A DNA stretch of 64,000 nucleotides from assembly GCF_006345805.1 (NCBI RefSeq), contig NC_042997.1:21886001-21950000 (forward strand). The letters run 5' to 3'. Shown here one piece after another: positions 52,426-64,000 of the stretch. Numbering within the stretch: position 1 is the first letter of the stretch; the number at the start of each line of letters is the position of its first letter. The DNA is from Octopus sinensis. Taxonomy: Eukaryota. Under the pieces are notes generated by a model. The model was not told the origin of the DNA and searched no databases. It was given only the letters and a program-made list of their open reading frames with translations. The position numbers were made by a program, and so were the translations under genes.

Positions 52426-53877
52426 GTGGCATCTCTTCCCTCCCACATCCACGATACCAACCATGCTCTCCGGCTTTTCAACTCTTTCTCCTTTCCTCCC
52501 GGCTCCTCCAAAATCCTTTTTACTATGGACATTCAAAGCCTCTATACTGTTATCCCTCACCACGAAGGACTGCAGGCCCTTCGACACTTTCTTGACCTCC
52601 GCTCTAACCCTGTACCTGACACCTCCACACTCATTCGTCTGGCCGAACTTGTCCTTACTCTGAACTGCTTCTCGTTCGCGGGCGAGTTCTACCATCAGAT
52701 CTCGGGAGTGGCCATGGGAACGCGAATGGGCCCCAACTATGCGAACCTGTTCGTTGGCTATGTTGAGGCCCAAATATTCTCTAATTTCACTGGTCCCACT
52801 CCCGAACTATATGGTCGTTACATCGACGACATTATCGGTGCCACCTCACTCTCCCGCGAACATCTAGATTCCTTCCTCTCTTTCGTCCAATCTTTCCATC
52901 CAGCCCTCCACTTCACTTCCACTATCTCCAACACCTCTGTCTCCTTCCTCGACATTTCGGTTAGCATTCTTCACTCCACTCTTACCACCTCCATTCACTA
53001 CAAACACACAGACTCACACTCATACCTCAACTTCTCTTCCTCCCACCCAGAACACACCAAGCTTTCCATCCCCTATTCCCAATTCCTCCGTCTACGTAGG
53101 CTCTGTTGTGACGACCATGACTTTGAGACTCAGTCTCAACGTATGGCTCACCACTTCACCCTACGTGGATACCCCCTCACCACTATCCACACCGCCCTTG
53201 CCAGAGCACGGTCCGTGGACCGTGTATCTGCTCTCTCTCCCCGAACCCGCCCTGTAGTCTCCCGCCTCCCTTTTCCCCTCACTTACCACCCCACGACCCT
53301 GCGTCTCCAACGCACCATTCTTCGAGCTTTCCGTCATCTCCAGTGCGACCCGTCCACTTCACACCTCTTCCCTAACCGACCCCTCCCCTCTTTCAAACGA
53401 GCCCACAACCTTCGAGACCTTTTGGTCCATAGCTCCTTCCCTGACCCTACCTCCCAACCCGGCTCGTTCCCCTGCTCCCGCCCACGTTGCCGCACTTGCC
53501 CTTACCTCTCCTACACCACCCGCCTCACTAACACCCACCATCGACCCTATCCCATCATCCACTCCTTCACCTGCACCTCCAGCAATATTATCTATTGCAT
53601 CTCTTGCTCTCTCTGCAATTCCTTGTACATCGGACAAACGGGACGCCGCTTGGCTGACCGGTTCGCGGAACACCTTCGTGACATCCACCTTGCGAACGAC
53701 ACACCGGTCTCACGCCATTTCCGCTCCACCGGTCACTCCTTGCAACACCTATCTGTGTTCGGTTTGTCCTTACACAGAGGCTATCCAGATTCCCGTTTGC
53801 GCCGTGAACAGGAATTAATCTTCTCTATTCGCTCTTATACGCCATTTGGTCTCAACTCTCCCCCCCTCCTCATCTAA
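52426..53877 (+). CDS. PLE reverse transcriptase (partial N-terminus) + GIY-YIG endonuclease, 483-aa open frame
   Basis: TMDIQSLYTVIPH, GVAMGTRMGPNYANLF, YGRYIDDI, FLDISV, SIPYSQFLRLRRLC, CSRPRCRTC, IIYCISCSLCNSLYIGQTGRRLADRFAEH, RREQELIF..PFGLN. No true start codon, consistent with 5' truncation. Confidence 0.9.
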   Translation: MASLPSHIHDTNHALRLFNSFSFPPGSSKILFTMDIQSLYTVIPHHEGLQALRHFLDLRSNPVPDTSTLIRLAELVLTLNCFSFAGEFYHQISGVAMGTRMGPNYANLFVGYVEAQIFSNFTGPTPELYGRYIDDIIGATSLSREHLDSFLSFVQSFHPALHFTSTISNTSVSFLDISVSILHSTLTTSIHYKHTDSHSYLNFSSSHPEHTKLSIPYSQFLRLRRLCCDDHDFETQSQRMAHHFTLRGYPLTTIHTALARARSVDRVSALSPRTRPVVSRLPFPLTYHPTTLRLQRTILRAFRHLQCDPSTSHLFPNRPLPSFKRAHNLRDLLVHSSFPDPTSQPGSFPCSRPRCRTCPYLSYTTRLTNTHHRPYPIIHSFTCTSSNIIYCISCSLCNSLYIGQTGRRLADRFAEHLRDIHLANDTPVSRHFRSTGHSLQHLSVFGLSLHRGYPDSRLRREQELIFSIRSYTPFGLNSPPLLI

Positions 53878-54691
53878 CCCCCCTCTCCCCCTCCTCACCT
53901 ATCCTTTCCCCCAGACCCCTACTTCTTCAGTCCTTCATCCTTTCACCCCTACTCCCCTTCCCTTCTTCCCTCTTTCTCCTTCCCTCCTTCCCTCTTCCCC
54001 TTCCCTCTGCTCCCTCACTCCCCCTCTCCCTCTTTCCTCCTCCCCCATCCTCCCCTTCCTTCTCCCCCTCATCTCTCCCCCATCCTCTCCTCTTCCCCCT
54101 TTCCCCCCTTTCCCCCCTTTCCCCCCTCTCCCCCCTCTTCTCCTCACTACACCACACGACTTCACACATCACATCATATATGATGTGCCATACTAATACA
54201 TACACCAACTAATACATACTAATACGTACTAATACATACTAATACATACTAATACATACAACAAACCTATACATACACACGTCCAGACCCATCATACGCA
54301 CTTATACTCTCTCATACACACACACACACTCACTTATACATACTAATACGTACTAATACATACTAATACATACTAATACCTACACCAACCCCATACATAC
54401 GCACGTCCACACCAATCCTACGCACTAATACTCTCTCATACACACACACACACACCCTTATACATACTAATACATACACCAACCCTATACATACACACGT
54501 CCAGACCCCTCCTACGCACTATTAGCTGGTCCTTCAACCATATTATCAACCCTATTATCTCCCCTTATTTCGCTCTCGAGTCTCACGTTTGATCTTTGAC
54601 CTCTGGCCGAAATCAGATCGCCATGTTGATTCGTTAGCTACTGCACGCATTTTTTTTCTCTCCTTCTTTCTGTGTTTTTTCTCTCTGTGTA

Positions 54692-54729
54692 TCTTTCTGT
54701 TGAAGAGCGTAGGCTCGAAACGTTAAAGA
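54692..54729 (+). ncRNA. Minimal type I hammerhead ribozyme-like fold with variant core (PLE pseudo-LTR)
   Basis: UCUUU-CUGUUGA-A-GAGC(GUAG)GCUC-GAAAC-GUU-AAAGA: helix I UCUUU/AAAGA, 4-bp helix II and palindromic AACGUU helix III. Confidence 0.65.
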
Positions 54730-54826
54730 CTTGTTTTATTTATATTTCCTGAGCGCCATACTAATACAATTGTTCGTTTGTTTTCCACCTGCCTTCGTCT
54801 TTTGTCTCTTTTCATAAAGCTTCCCG

Positions 54827-54869
<43 letters not shown>

Positions 54870-55315
54870 GAGAGAGAGAATGAAGATAACTTTATAATTT
54901 CGTTAAACCGAAGAATAAACATAGGACTGCAAATGGAAGTGCTCAGGTAACACAGAGACGAAAGGGAAAATAAATTGAAAGGTTTAATGAATAAACGCAC
55001 CAATTGGTCAAAACAACTTTATAACATTCCCATATTACCATAAATCGAATATAAATATATATAGAAAAGCATCACGGCACCCAATAGTAAAACCTAATAG
55101 TATAAAATATACATATATATAAATACGAATACAAGAAAATATACGAGTACCTCTTGTATTCGTATATATCTGTAAGTTTTATACTATTGGGTTTTAGCAT
55201 TGGATGCCCTGATGTTTCTAATATATATTTATGTTCGGTTTATGGTAATGTGGGAATGTTATAAATTTATTTTGACTAATTAGAGCGTTTATTCATTATA
55301 ACTTTCAATTTAAAT

Positions 55316-55376
<61 letters not shown>

Positions 55377-55664
55377 GAAAGAGAGAGAAACTAAAAGAGG
55401 TAGATAAATATGTATGAAAGCTAGCACACACACACACGCGCGCACATACACACACACACACACAATACACACCCTATAAAGGAAATCTACCCTTAAATGA
55501 AATCGCAAACTGTATCGAAACCCCTCCGGTAGATTCTACCTGTAATTCAAAGGGACTGCCTTAGTACAGACACTGTGTCATACTGATTTTGTTTAAGAAT
55601 TACGTTGATGTTAAACATGTCCGTGGAGTATTCAGCCACTTACAAGTTAATTCAAGGAGTAGGT

Positions 55665-55804
55665 AATTCAGTTCGTAGAATCATATGGTTTTAAGTTCAA
55701 TCCCACTACGTGACACACGGCGCAAGTGTCTTCATTTATAGGCCCGGGCTAACCAAAGCCTCATAAGCGGTTTGATAAACGGAAACTAAAAGTCCGTATA
55801 TATA

Positions 55805-55871
<67 letters not shown>

Positions 55872-56080
55872 TTGTATGTGACTTTGTGTTTATGTTTGTC
55901 CCCAACTGGTGTTTGTTTCATTATATCTCCGTAACATAGCGGATCGGCAGTAGGGACCGATAGATTAGGTACCAAGCTTAAAAATAATATATACAGAGTC
56001 GATTCGTTGTACTAAAAGTTTATTCAAGGTGTGCCACAGCATGGCCGCAGGCCAGTGACTGAAACAAGTAAGAAATAAGA
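55665..56080 (+). mobile_element. Diverged SINE, family A
   Basis: Degenerate match with the same internal microsatellite and tail (cagcatggccgcag..gactgaaacaagtaag). Confidence 0.65.
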
Positions 56081-57680
56081 GATGTTACGCGCGCTTTGAG
56101 TAATTTCCTACAGTGCAATATTTTTTTCCGCGGAGGAATACACTAGAATTGTTTCTTGTTCTCTTTTCCAGGCCTACAAATGAATCTGAATTCAACACTA
56201 CTAGAGCTTATGCAACATTCCGTTGGTGACAGCGTTCAATTGTTTCAACATAATTCACGTTAGATGTTCGATTATTTATAGCTTAGTGAAATAACCATAA
56301 GAGGGTGTACTGTCTTACCCAGTAGCTACAACATATTGTTGGTGATTGGATACGAACAATAGATATTTACAGTTAATGTCACACTACTCTAAACTCAACC
56401 AGGCAACAGTTAATTAATAAGAATCGTGTGACTTAGGAAACATTGTTTCTGATGAAAATATTCTAAAACAATGGTCTAGTCGTGGATAAATAATCTACCC
56501 GTTTCAAAATGGCTATAGTCTTATATTCTAAAATATTTAGTCAAAGATTCCTTATGGAATTGTTTTTATGTTATTTGTAAAGCAGTGATAGAATTAAACT
56601 AGGCTTACTTTAACGCCACCATCTGGCCTCTGTGTGAAATTCACTCTGTTGTTGAAATATTTAGGTCAGGGTTCCGATCCGGTATAACGCCATCCTGATA
56701 ATCACAGAAAGAGATTTACGCGCTCGCACACACACACACACACTATGTGAGTGTGTTTATGCATGCATGTGTGTGTGGGGGGGTGTATGTGAACAAAATG
56801 ACCGAAGAGAAATAGTTCTGAATGACAAGTGAAGAACATATACATATATTCTATACAACAAAAAATTCTTGATTAATTTAAATTATCTTCGCTTCTAGAG
56901 GTCATATCAAAAATACAAAATGGTGCTTGAGACCAACTTCACGTGAGAAGGAGAGACAATCTCAAGAATAAAGGATTCCTCAAATTTGACATGCTATTGA
57001 GGAAATAGAATACACAGAAACGTATAACTGGCCAATGTTTCGGTTTCTATAAAAGTGAGTTCAATCCTAGTCTGAGTATCTTCCTGAGAGAAAAAAAAAC
57101 TACTGTTTCAGTAAACCTTTAAAATTTCAAAATCATGAACGCTCACAAGGACTGTGCGTATATCTAGTTTCTATATTGAAGTTGATAGGAGATTCCATTC
57201 TTGTTGGGCTACTGGTCTGTTACTGGCACCTTTTCCTAAAGGAGGAATATAGTATTCCACTGCTATACCTCCAAAATCATTTAAGTTTCAAAGTATCACC
57301 ACTGCCTATAATCCTTGACTCATGATAAATATACATAGATAGAGTTAGTCTTGAGTATGCACTATGCACGTAGTGTCTTTACGACAAAGTAGATTATTTT
57401 ATACAGCGCACATACACACACACACACGCAGACACACACAGATACACAAACACGCACACCAATACATGAATGTGTGTGTGATTATGTGAGAATATGTATG
57501 TGTAAAGATAAAAAATAATAAAATAGTTTAACAATGATAAAGTGGAACAAGTCTAACGTTTGAAGCAATACCCTTCGTATAAACACTTTTGAACTGTTTA
57601 TACTCACTAATTGCTGACACAGACCCCCACCAGTTTCCCAGGGTGCTACTGTTTACGTCATACATACAAACATACACATA

Positions 57681-57721
<41 letters not shown>

Positions 57722-60700
57722 CATACAAACATACACATATACTACATATATACCGTTAACATATTTTCTTCTGTGTTGTTATTAAGTATTATGTCTTTTA
57801 TCACTGAAGTACTTCATGTCTATAAAATATCAATCGTAGTCATGTTGTTATTGTCTGAAACAGTGATTTTTTGCTTTTTCTTCTCATGACGTTTTATGTC
57901 AATGTTTATTCTTGAAACCCTTACTTATAAGCTAACATAATTCGTTGTTTTCAAAATTGCTGTTTTCTTCCTTTCAATAATATTTCCAATATTATTGTTG
58001 TACATTTATACATACAAAGCAAATAAATCAGTTGACATATTACTGAACATTCTAAAATATTTTGCTATGGTGTCATAAATAATTAGACCATATTGTGTAT
58101 TTTAAACAGACAAGTACAGTAAATTAGATTGAAATAGGATGAGAAATAATTGTTTACAACAGAAACGATGATAAAAGGGTCGGGAAGACAGAAAATAAGA
58201 GAGAAGTAAAGAAAAATGCAACAAAGACTTTCGTGAGCTGACTTTGTGGTGTGATTCCTGTTTCCAGGTGTAGCAGTTCACATCACTTATCTGCTAATAC
58301 TCTTAGGAAATGCCGTCCACAGATTACTCCAAATATTAGCATATGTTTAATGAAACTAGACAGGTCCTACATTTTAATGGACAAGAATTAGAGAGATGTG
58401 GTTTTTTTCCCAAGGACTTATGCAGACTTTTCTCAAGGGTTTACGTGGAATTAATGAAGCAAGCTGTGTTCAACGTGCCAAAAAAAGTGTTTTGGAGTGG
58501 GTTGTCTGTAAATAAACCCTTGCATTTTACTGCGAATCACAATTTGATAAAATTATTCCAACGGGAGAACTTCACCTGGTCATTTGAGTTATGATAAATA
58601 GCACCCCAATTTTCTCCCAGTCACAGGTTACCAAATCAGGATATATTGGATTATGCATCCCGGTGCACACTACAGCAAAAAACAAAAGCCGCGGTAATCA
58701 CCCTGGAATACTTCTGGTCATTGGGCTATTCAATATGGACCGATCTAAGATTAAAGTATATCTGACAGCATATGTGCTTTGCAAAAGCCCTATGTTTTTA
58801 GTAGGAGTTGGATATCAGATGGTGTACTTGAAGGTTGTTTTATTGAACCACATTCTTTGCGATGTCTTATTATTGTGTATTTGTAGACAAATAAGAATGC
58901 AATTTCAAAGATAATGTAAATATTCAAAGATATTGTAACTCTCAACAGCAAATCCAATATAATATAACATGGGATTTAATATGATTTATCAAATAAGATA
59001 TAAAATATTAACTGAAGCAATATTTATTAAAAAAAATGTCGCCTGAACCTATAGTTATGAAATACAATGTGAAACCTATATATTTATGAGATACAATGTT
59101 ATCTGAACTTACGTGGAAAAATCGCTCTCGTTTTCATCTTCGATAACCCAGTGCCTTATATTTCAAACCAGCAGCTTCCTATCACCATAGCAATAACTCT
59201 GACACTTTGCAACTGGCAAACCTGTTTATATTATATCTCTAACACTATAATTATTAAAATAAACAATCCAATAAATTGTCTTTTTCACATTTATTGGAAA
59301 AGCTAGAAGACATACTAGACTTGTTATTAACATTTTAACATTTATACGTGACTTTTAGCAGCTAAATGTTTCATATTTCTAGAATATCATAGTAAAAGTA
59401 AAGTAGCTGTTGTTTTCATTTGCTTGGTTTATGTACCGTGTTTGGTATATCACTGCCGCGGTAGTTATCTTGACACTTGCACTATATTTAAATCGATAAC
59501 TTCCAACATTATAGAGGCAAACTGGTGTGGAGGACTCAATCAGTTAAAGATCTATCCGCTTATAGAACAAAAGCAAACGGCTTCTATTTTGGAAAATTAA
59601 TTTTTCATAGAATTATAACACAGTAATCGTACCTCTAGGTTTCAGTTATATGTCCAGCTACCTAACACTGTGTTTGTTACCTTTGACTTTGGCAAATTCA
59701 TGTAGTTATTTCATATTACTGAATGCTACCGAGTAGATTGCCAAAATCTTTAGCGCGTCAAAAGAAATACCTTATCTTCTGGCCGTCCATGCTCTGAGTT
59801 CAAGTACTGGACACGAGTTAATCCATTTTCTCCCCCTCAAAGTTGTTGGCTTTGTGTTTAGATTAAAAATGATTGTTAAATGGTCCCCGATCTTTGGGAT
59901 CTATTAAGTTATCATGTAGTCAAATGCTCTAAATTGAAGTAACTTTGCACAAAATTACAAACTACAATCAAATGAAAGAAATATTCATTATTGAAAGCCG
60001 TACGTAAATAGCAGACTAAAAGCTAATACTTATTAAGGTCAGTTTTTACAACACATAATAAGAGCAAGAATTTCATATTTAACTTGTCTACAAGTTAAAC
60101 AACATTTATCCTGTAAACTAAACAACACCTATGCGTTTAAATCATGCACTAAAACTTAAGTTTACGAAGCTTTCTCATTTCTACTCGCGAGACAACGCAA
60201 TAACATTCTTGATTGAGTTATTCAAATACGTTTAAAAGAACTTATGTGAAAGGACAAATATCTCTATTTGCTGGTGTGTCCGAAGCAAATTGTATTGTAG
60301 TGCAGTCTTAACTATCATTAACGTCATGTTTTTTTATAACCAAATGTCACTATTTACCAGGTTAGGTCAATATGGTTCACAGAATAATAAAATTAAAGGC
60401 GTGTTTTGAATTTTTAAGCTGTGAACACAAGTTTTTGCTGTAAAACAAAACAAGAGAAAAATACACAACGAATTATATCAAAAGTTAAAATGAATATATT
60501 TCCTGAAGTGAATAGACCTGGACAACAATACTTCAGATTGAAATATCCACCCAAGAATAGACAGCTTCCCCAGACGTTATATAATAATGTAGAAATTGGA
60601 AAGAATTACATGAAATATCATTAAAAATACTTTTATGTCGATAAACATCAATAAATAGGGAAAATTGAATAAACTGTTTGCAACTTACTGGTACATCAGT

Positions 60701-61879
60701 TTGTTTCATTGGTAGATTGTAGAATCGATTGTGTAGTTAGATGTACACGACATTTTGTATAAGCACAAATATTGATTTATATTTGTGTTTGTGAATGAAT
60801 GTGTGTATGTTTGCATGTGTCTGCGTTGATTTGTTTGCTTGAGAACATATTTCAGTTCAGTGTTTGAGTGTAACAAAAGCTTGTTCTCCTTCTGACTTCG
60901 GAGTGATCAAGAAAATAGATGAAGTTGTATATCTTTAAAGTATAATTTCTCGGGTACTATATGTTCTTTACCGTTTAACGATACTGTAATTGGAAACAAA
61001 ACTATCCTATTGGCCCTGTAGACCTGTGTTTTTCAGAAAAGAGTTCAATTATGGTGGAAGTTTTCGCTAAAAATATACACTACATTGATGCAATAAATGA
61101 AGAGGGACACATTTAATTGAATTTACTACAGCATACAAGAGGTAATTGTTTTAAAGGTCCCTAAAATATGAAACACGAATTCGATTTTAACAGACATCAA
61201 ACCATAATATAAAGTGCGCAGTTAAATGTCGAATTTTATAGCATCCAAAACACTACATCCGCTTTATTAAATTTCATTTTATTTCAGATAGTATTAAAAA
61301 TATTACTTTCATTGATTTTTTATTGATTTCAGCTCATCATTTTCAGCTGAGCATGAAGTTCAGCTTGGTAACAGAGACCAAATAAAGCAAAAGCTTTGAA
61401 CATTAATCTGAACTTGCTTCCATAACTTCAAATCTTCACCATCTTACTGATTACAGACAATAGGAAAAAAATTAGTGTTTTACGCACATAGATATGTAGC
61501 TAACTATGAATATAAAATCATAGCAATACTTATTGTTTTGGAAACATTAATCCAATTCTGCTATCTCTTAAGTTTTTGGTAAAAAGAGAATCTATAAGTA
61601 ATAGCTGAGAGTATTTGCTTGTTTTACGATCGCTCAGGTACTGTCGTCTTTAATTAAGATCAGTAAAACCAAAGAAAATAGCCATATACGTTTTCCTTTA
61701 TTTCGAACTGTTTTTGACAAATGTTTATGCGCTCATTAAGAACGGAATGAGTTTTACCCACATCATTTTCAGAATAGAGTAAAATGAGCAGACCATAGAA
61801 AATGTTAACATATTACTAGATTTTCATTAACTGTAACAACAGTTGGATGCTATTGCTTATCTGATACCAACTAGAAATA

Positions 61880-62445
61880 TTGGGTTGTCCGGAAAGTTCG
61901 TGCCGATTTATAGTAGCTTACCTTTCGACTTATTTTAGAACATGATTGAGTCCATAAAATAGGATTTGACTACACCTCCATTTAGAGCACAGTTTACGCA
62001 ATCTTTTCATGGAAGAAGGTTTATGTTCCTATGACCTGTATTAATTCTGTAACCCTTTAAAATGGAAGATAAGAAAGTTCATTTTCGGCACTTGATGCTT
62101 TGGGAACCAGACAAAAATTGCTACAGCTCGGCTGGGATGTGTTACCCCACACTCCATATTCATCAGATATTGCTCCTTCGGATTTCCACTTATTCAGGTC
62201 TCTGCAGAATAGTCTTAATGGTAAAAGTTTCAATTCCTTGGATGACGTAAAAAGATACCTTGATGAATTCTTTGCTATGAAATCACCTCAGTTCTGGAAA
62301 GAGGGTATTTTCAAGTTAAAGGAAAGATGGAGACGCATTGTGCAACAAAATGGTTCATATTTGGCTGATTAAAAATGTAATGGCGAGTATTTATTGAGCT
62401 TTTTCTTTCCTTTAAAAATCGGCACGAACTTTCTAGACAACCCAC
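61880..62445 (+). mobile_element. Internally deleted mariner (Tc1/mariner) transposon
   Basis: ~30-bp TIRs (ttgggttgtccggaaagttcgtgccgattt / aaatcggcacgaactttctagacaacccac) and TA target duplication on both sides. Transposase N-terminus MEDKKVHFRHLMLWE is fused to the C-terminus LGWDVLPHTPYSSDIAPSDFHLFRSLQNSL..KLKERWRRIVQQNGSY. Confidence 0.92.
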
Positions 62446-63374
62446 TATTAACACCATGAATCTAGAATCTTCTCCATACAATCGATTGTAAAATTGTCCA
62501 TATTATAATAATCTTTTCTAATATAGGCACAAGGTTTGAATTTTGGCGGGAGGGAATTAGTCGATTATCTCGACCCCACTTCTCAATTTGTCCTTATTTC
62601 ATCGACACTGAAATGACGAAAGGCAAAGTCGACTTAAGTTCAATTTAAACTCAAAACATAAAGTCAGATGAAATGCTGCTAAGCATTTTGTCCGGCGTGC
62701 TAACGATTGTGCCTGCTCTTCGTTCATATTATAACAATGGATAGGATCATCTGATGCAAATCGATCTGGTTAATTATTTGAACTCTTGTATTCAGGATGA
62801 TTTATTTTTGATTGATCAATCCAATTGATTTATACATAAAAGCTAGCGGGATCCAACGCTTTTCCCATCACCAAACCTCAGTTGTTCCCGTTATTGTTAT
62901 TGTTTTGTCAATCCTGGTGAAGTAGACTCACGATGAACAATGTGCGAGCTATAATAATTTCGTCTTTACTTGTCATTGAATATCTAGAAATACTTTACCC
63001 AGTGAACTCCCTTTTTTCAATACATTAAAATGCTATTTGTGGGATGATTAATTGTTATTTCTAGCATAGTGCGCGACTCTATAAAGGACCCCTCATTTGC
63101 TCCACATCCATCGTTCTGAACTCGGCGATGCAAGTTAGCAACACACTGGTCAATTATAAATTGCTATCATTACTTATAGCGAATATTCGTTCTGCCTTAG
63201 GGCACTTGTTTATCAGTTTGGTGAGCTGGGCTTGTTGTGAGGAAAGTGGATTAGCAAAGTAGCCATTGAGACATTAATAAAGAGAAGCGATAAACCCACT
63301 GGTCGTCCGAAGCTCTCTACGCATATTGGTAGAAACTGAAACTATTATTCGATAAAACGGAAGAGAAGGAGGGA

Positions 63375-63418
<44 letters not shown>

Positions 63419-64000
63419 AGGAAAGAAAGAAAGAAAGAAAGCCAACAGATTTGACATTAGATTACTAACTTGAAATTTCTTGGCTTATTCAGTTATTGAA
63501 TATAATGGATTTCAATTGGAAGCAGTTCCGGTCGTGGTGAAAAAGATAGAAGCTGGTTTGAAAAGTCTCCAAACGGACCATTATGTTTGATTTGTCCATT
63601 TATTTTTACTGTATGTTAAACACTTAATATCGAACGCTTTTAACTGAATTTCGATTGCTATTGCATCGAATTGAATTACATTAAATTTAGTTCTGATTAT
63701 CTAATACAGGTCTCAGAATAGATTTAACAACAGTGAGATTTTTTCATTCAGCAATTGGTTAAAAGATTTTGGTGTCTGCTACACAAAATATAGATTTCTC
63801 ACTTAGTCATAAGGCTGTAATTTTGCAGGAAAAGTACAGTATTAAATTGTTACTTATTCTATCAACTCCTGAGATGAACTTCAACGGGTCTTCTGATACA
63901 GATAGGATACGCTTATACAATTACGGATTGTTATTGATTTCAAAATTTGCCACAAGGCCAGCAATTTCGTGGGAGCGGGTTAGGCGATTAAATTGACCCC

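Larger units (their letters stand above)
52421..54827 (+). mobile_element. Penelope-like element (Neptune-like), 5'-truncated, with 3' UTR and pseudo-LTR, inserted in (TA)n
   Basis: Open RT + GIY-YIG frame, C/T-rich 3' UTR with actaatacat tandem repeats, hammerhead-like fold near the 3' end, and (TA)n on both sides. Confidence 0.9.

Noticed and set aside
52423-53688. Antisense ORFs over the PLE and Tx1 coding regions, and ORF 11137-11469
   Set aside because: Shadow frames of GC-richer retroelement coding sequence.

Overview
AT-rich, microsatellite-saturated eukaryotic DNA made almost entirely of transposable elements. The SINE families and the (TA)n/(CA)n/(TAA)n/(GATA)n load suggest an Octopus-like coleoid cephalopod (inferred from recognition, not tested). 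No host gene is identified with confidence. Main contents: a 5'-truncated Tx1/L1-clade LINE inside a GATA/GAAA array (10.7-15.4 kb, minus); a cluster of R4/Dong-type restriction-like-endonuclease LINEs, several in (TAA)n tracts (17.5-36 kb); a Penelope-like element (PLE) with an open RT + GIY-YIG frame inside (TA)n (52.4-54.8 kb) plus other PLE-derived pieces (38.8-40.4 and 44.6-45.4 kb); a ~543-bp tandem array ending in an inversion (40.4-43.7 kb); an internally deleted mariner (61.9-62.4 kb); and several tRNA-derived SINE families. The most interesting signal is five minimal type I hammerhead-ribozyme folds not visible in the ORF track. Three share a non-canonical CUGUUGA-A core in PLE pseudo-LTRs. 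Two form the tail of a tRNA-headed SINE present as a head-to-head pair, suggesting a ribozyme-bearing SINE mobilised by PLEs. A second SINE family shares its 3' tail with the Tx1 element. Many foldback structures occur, and some may be assembly artefacts.
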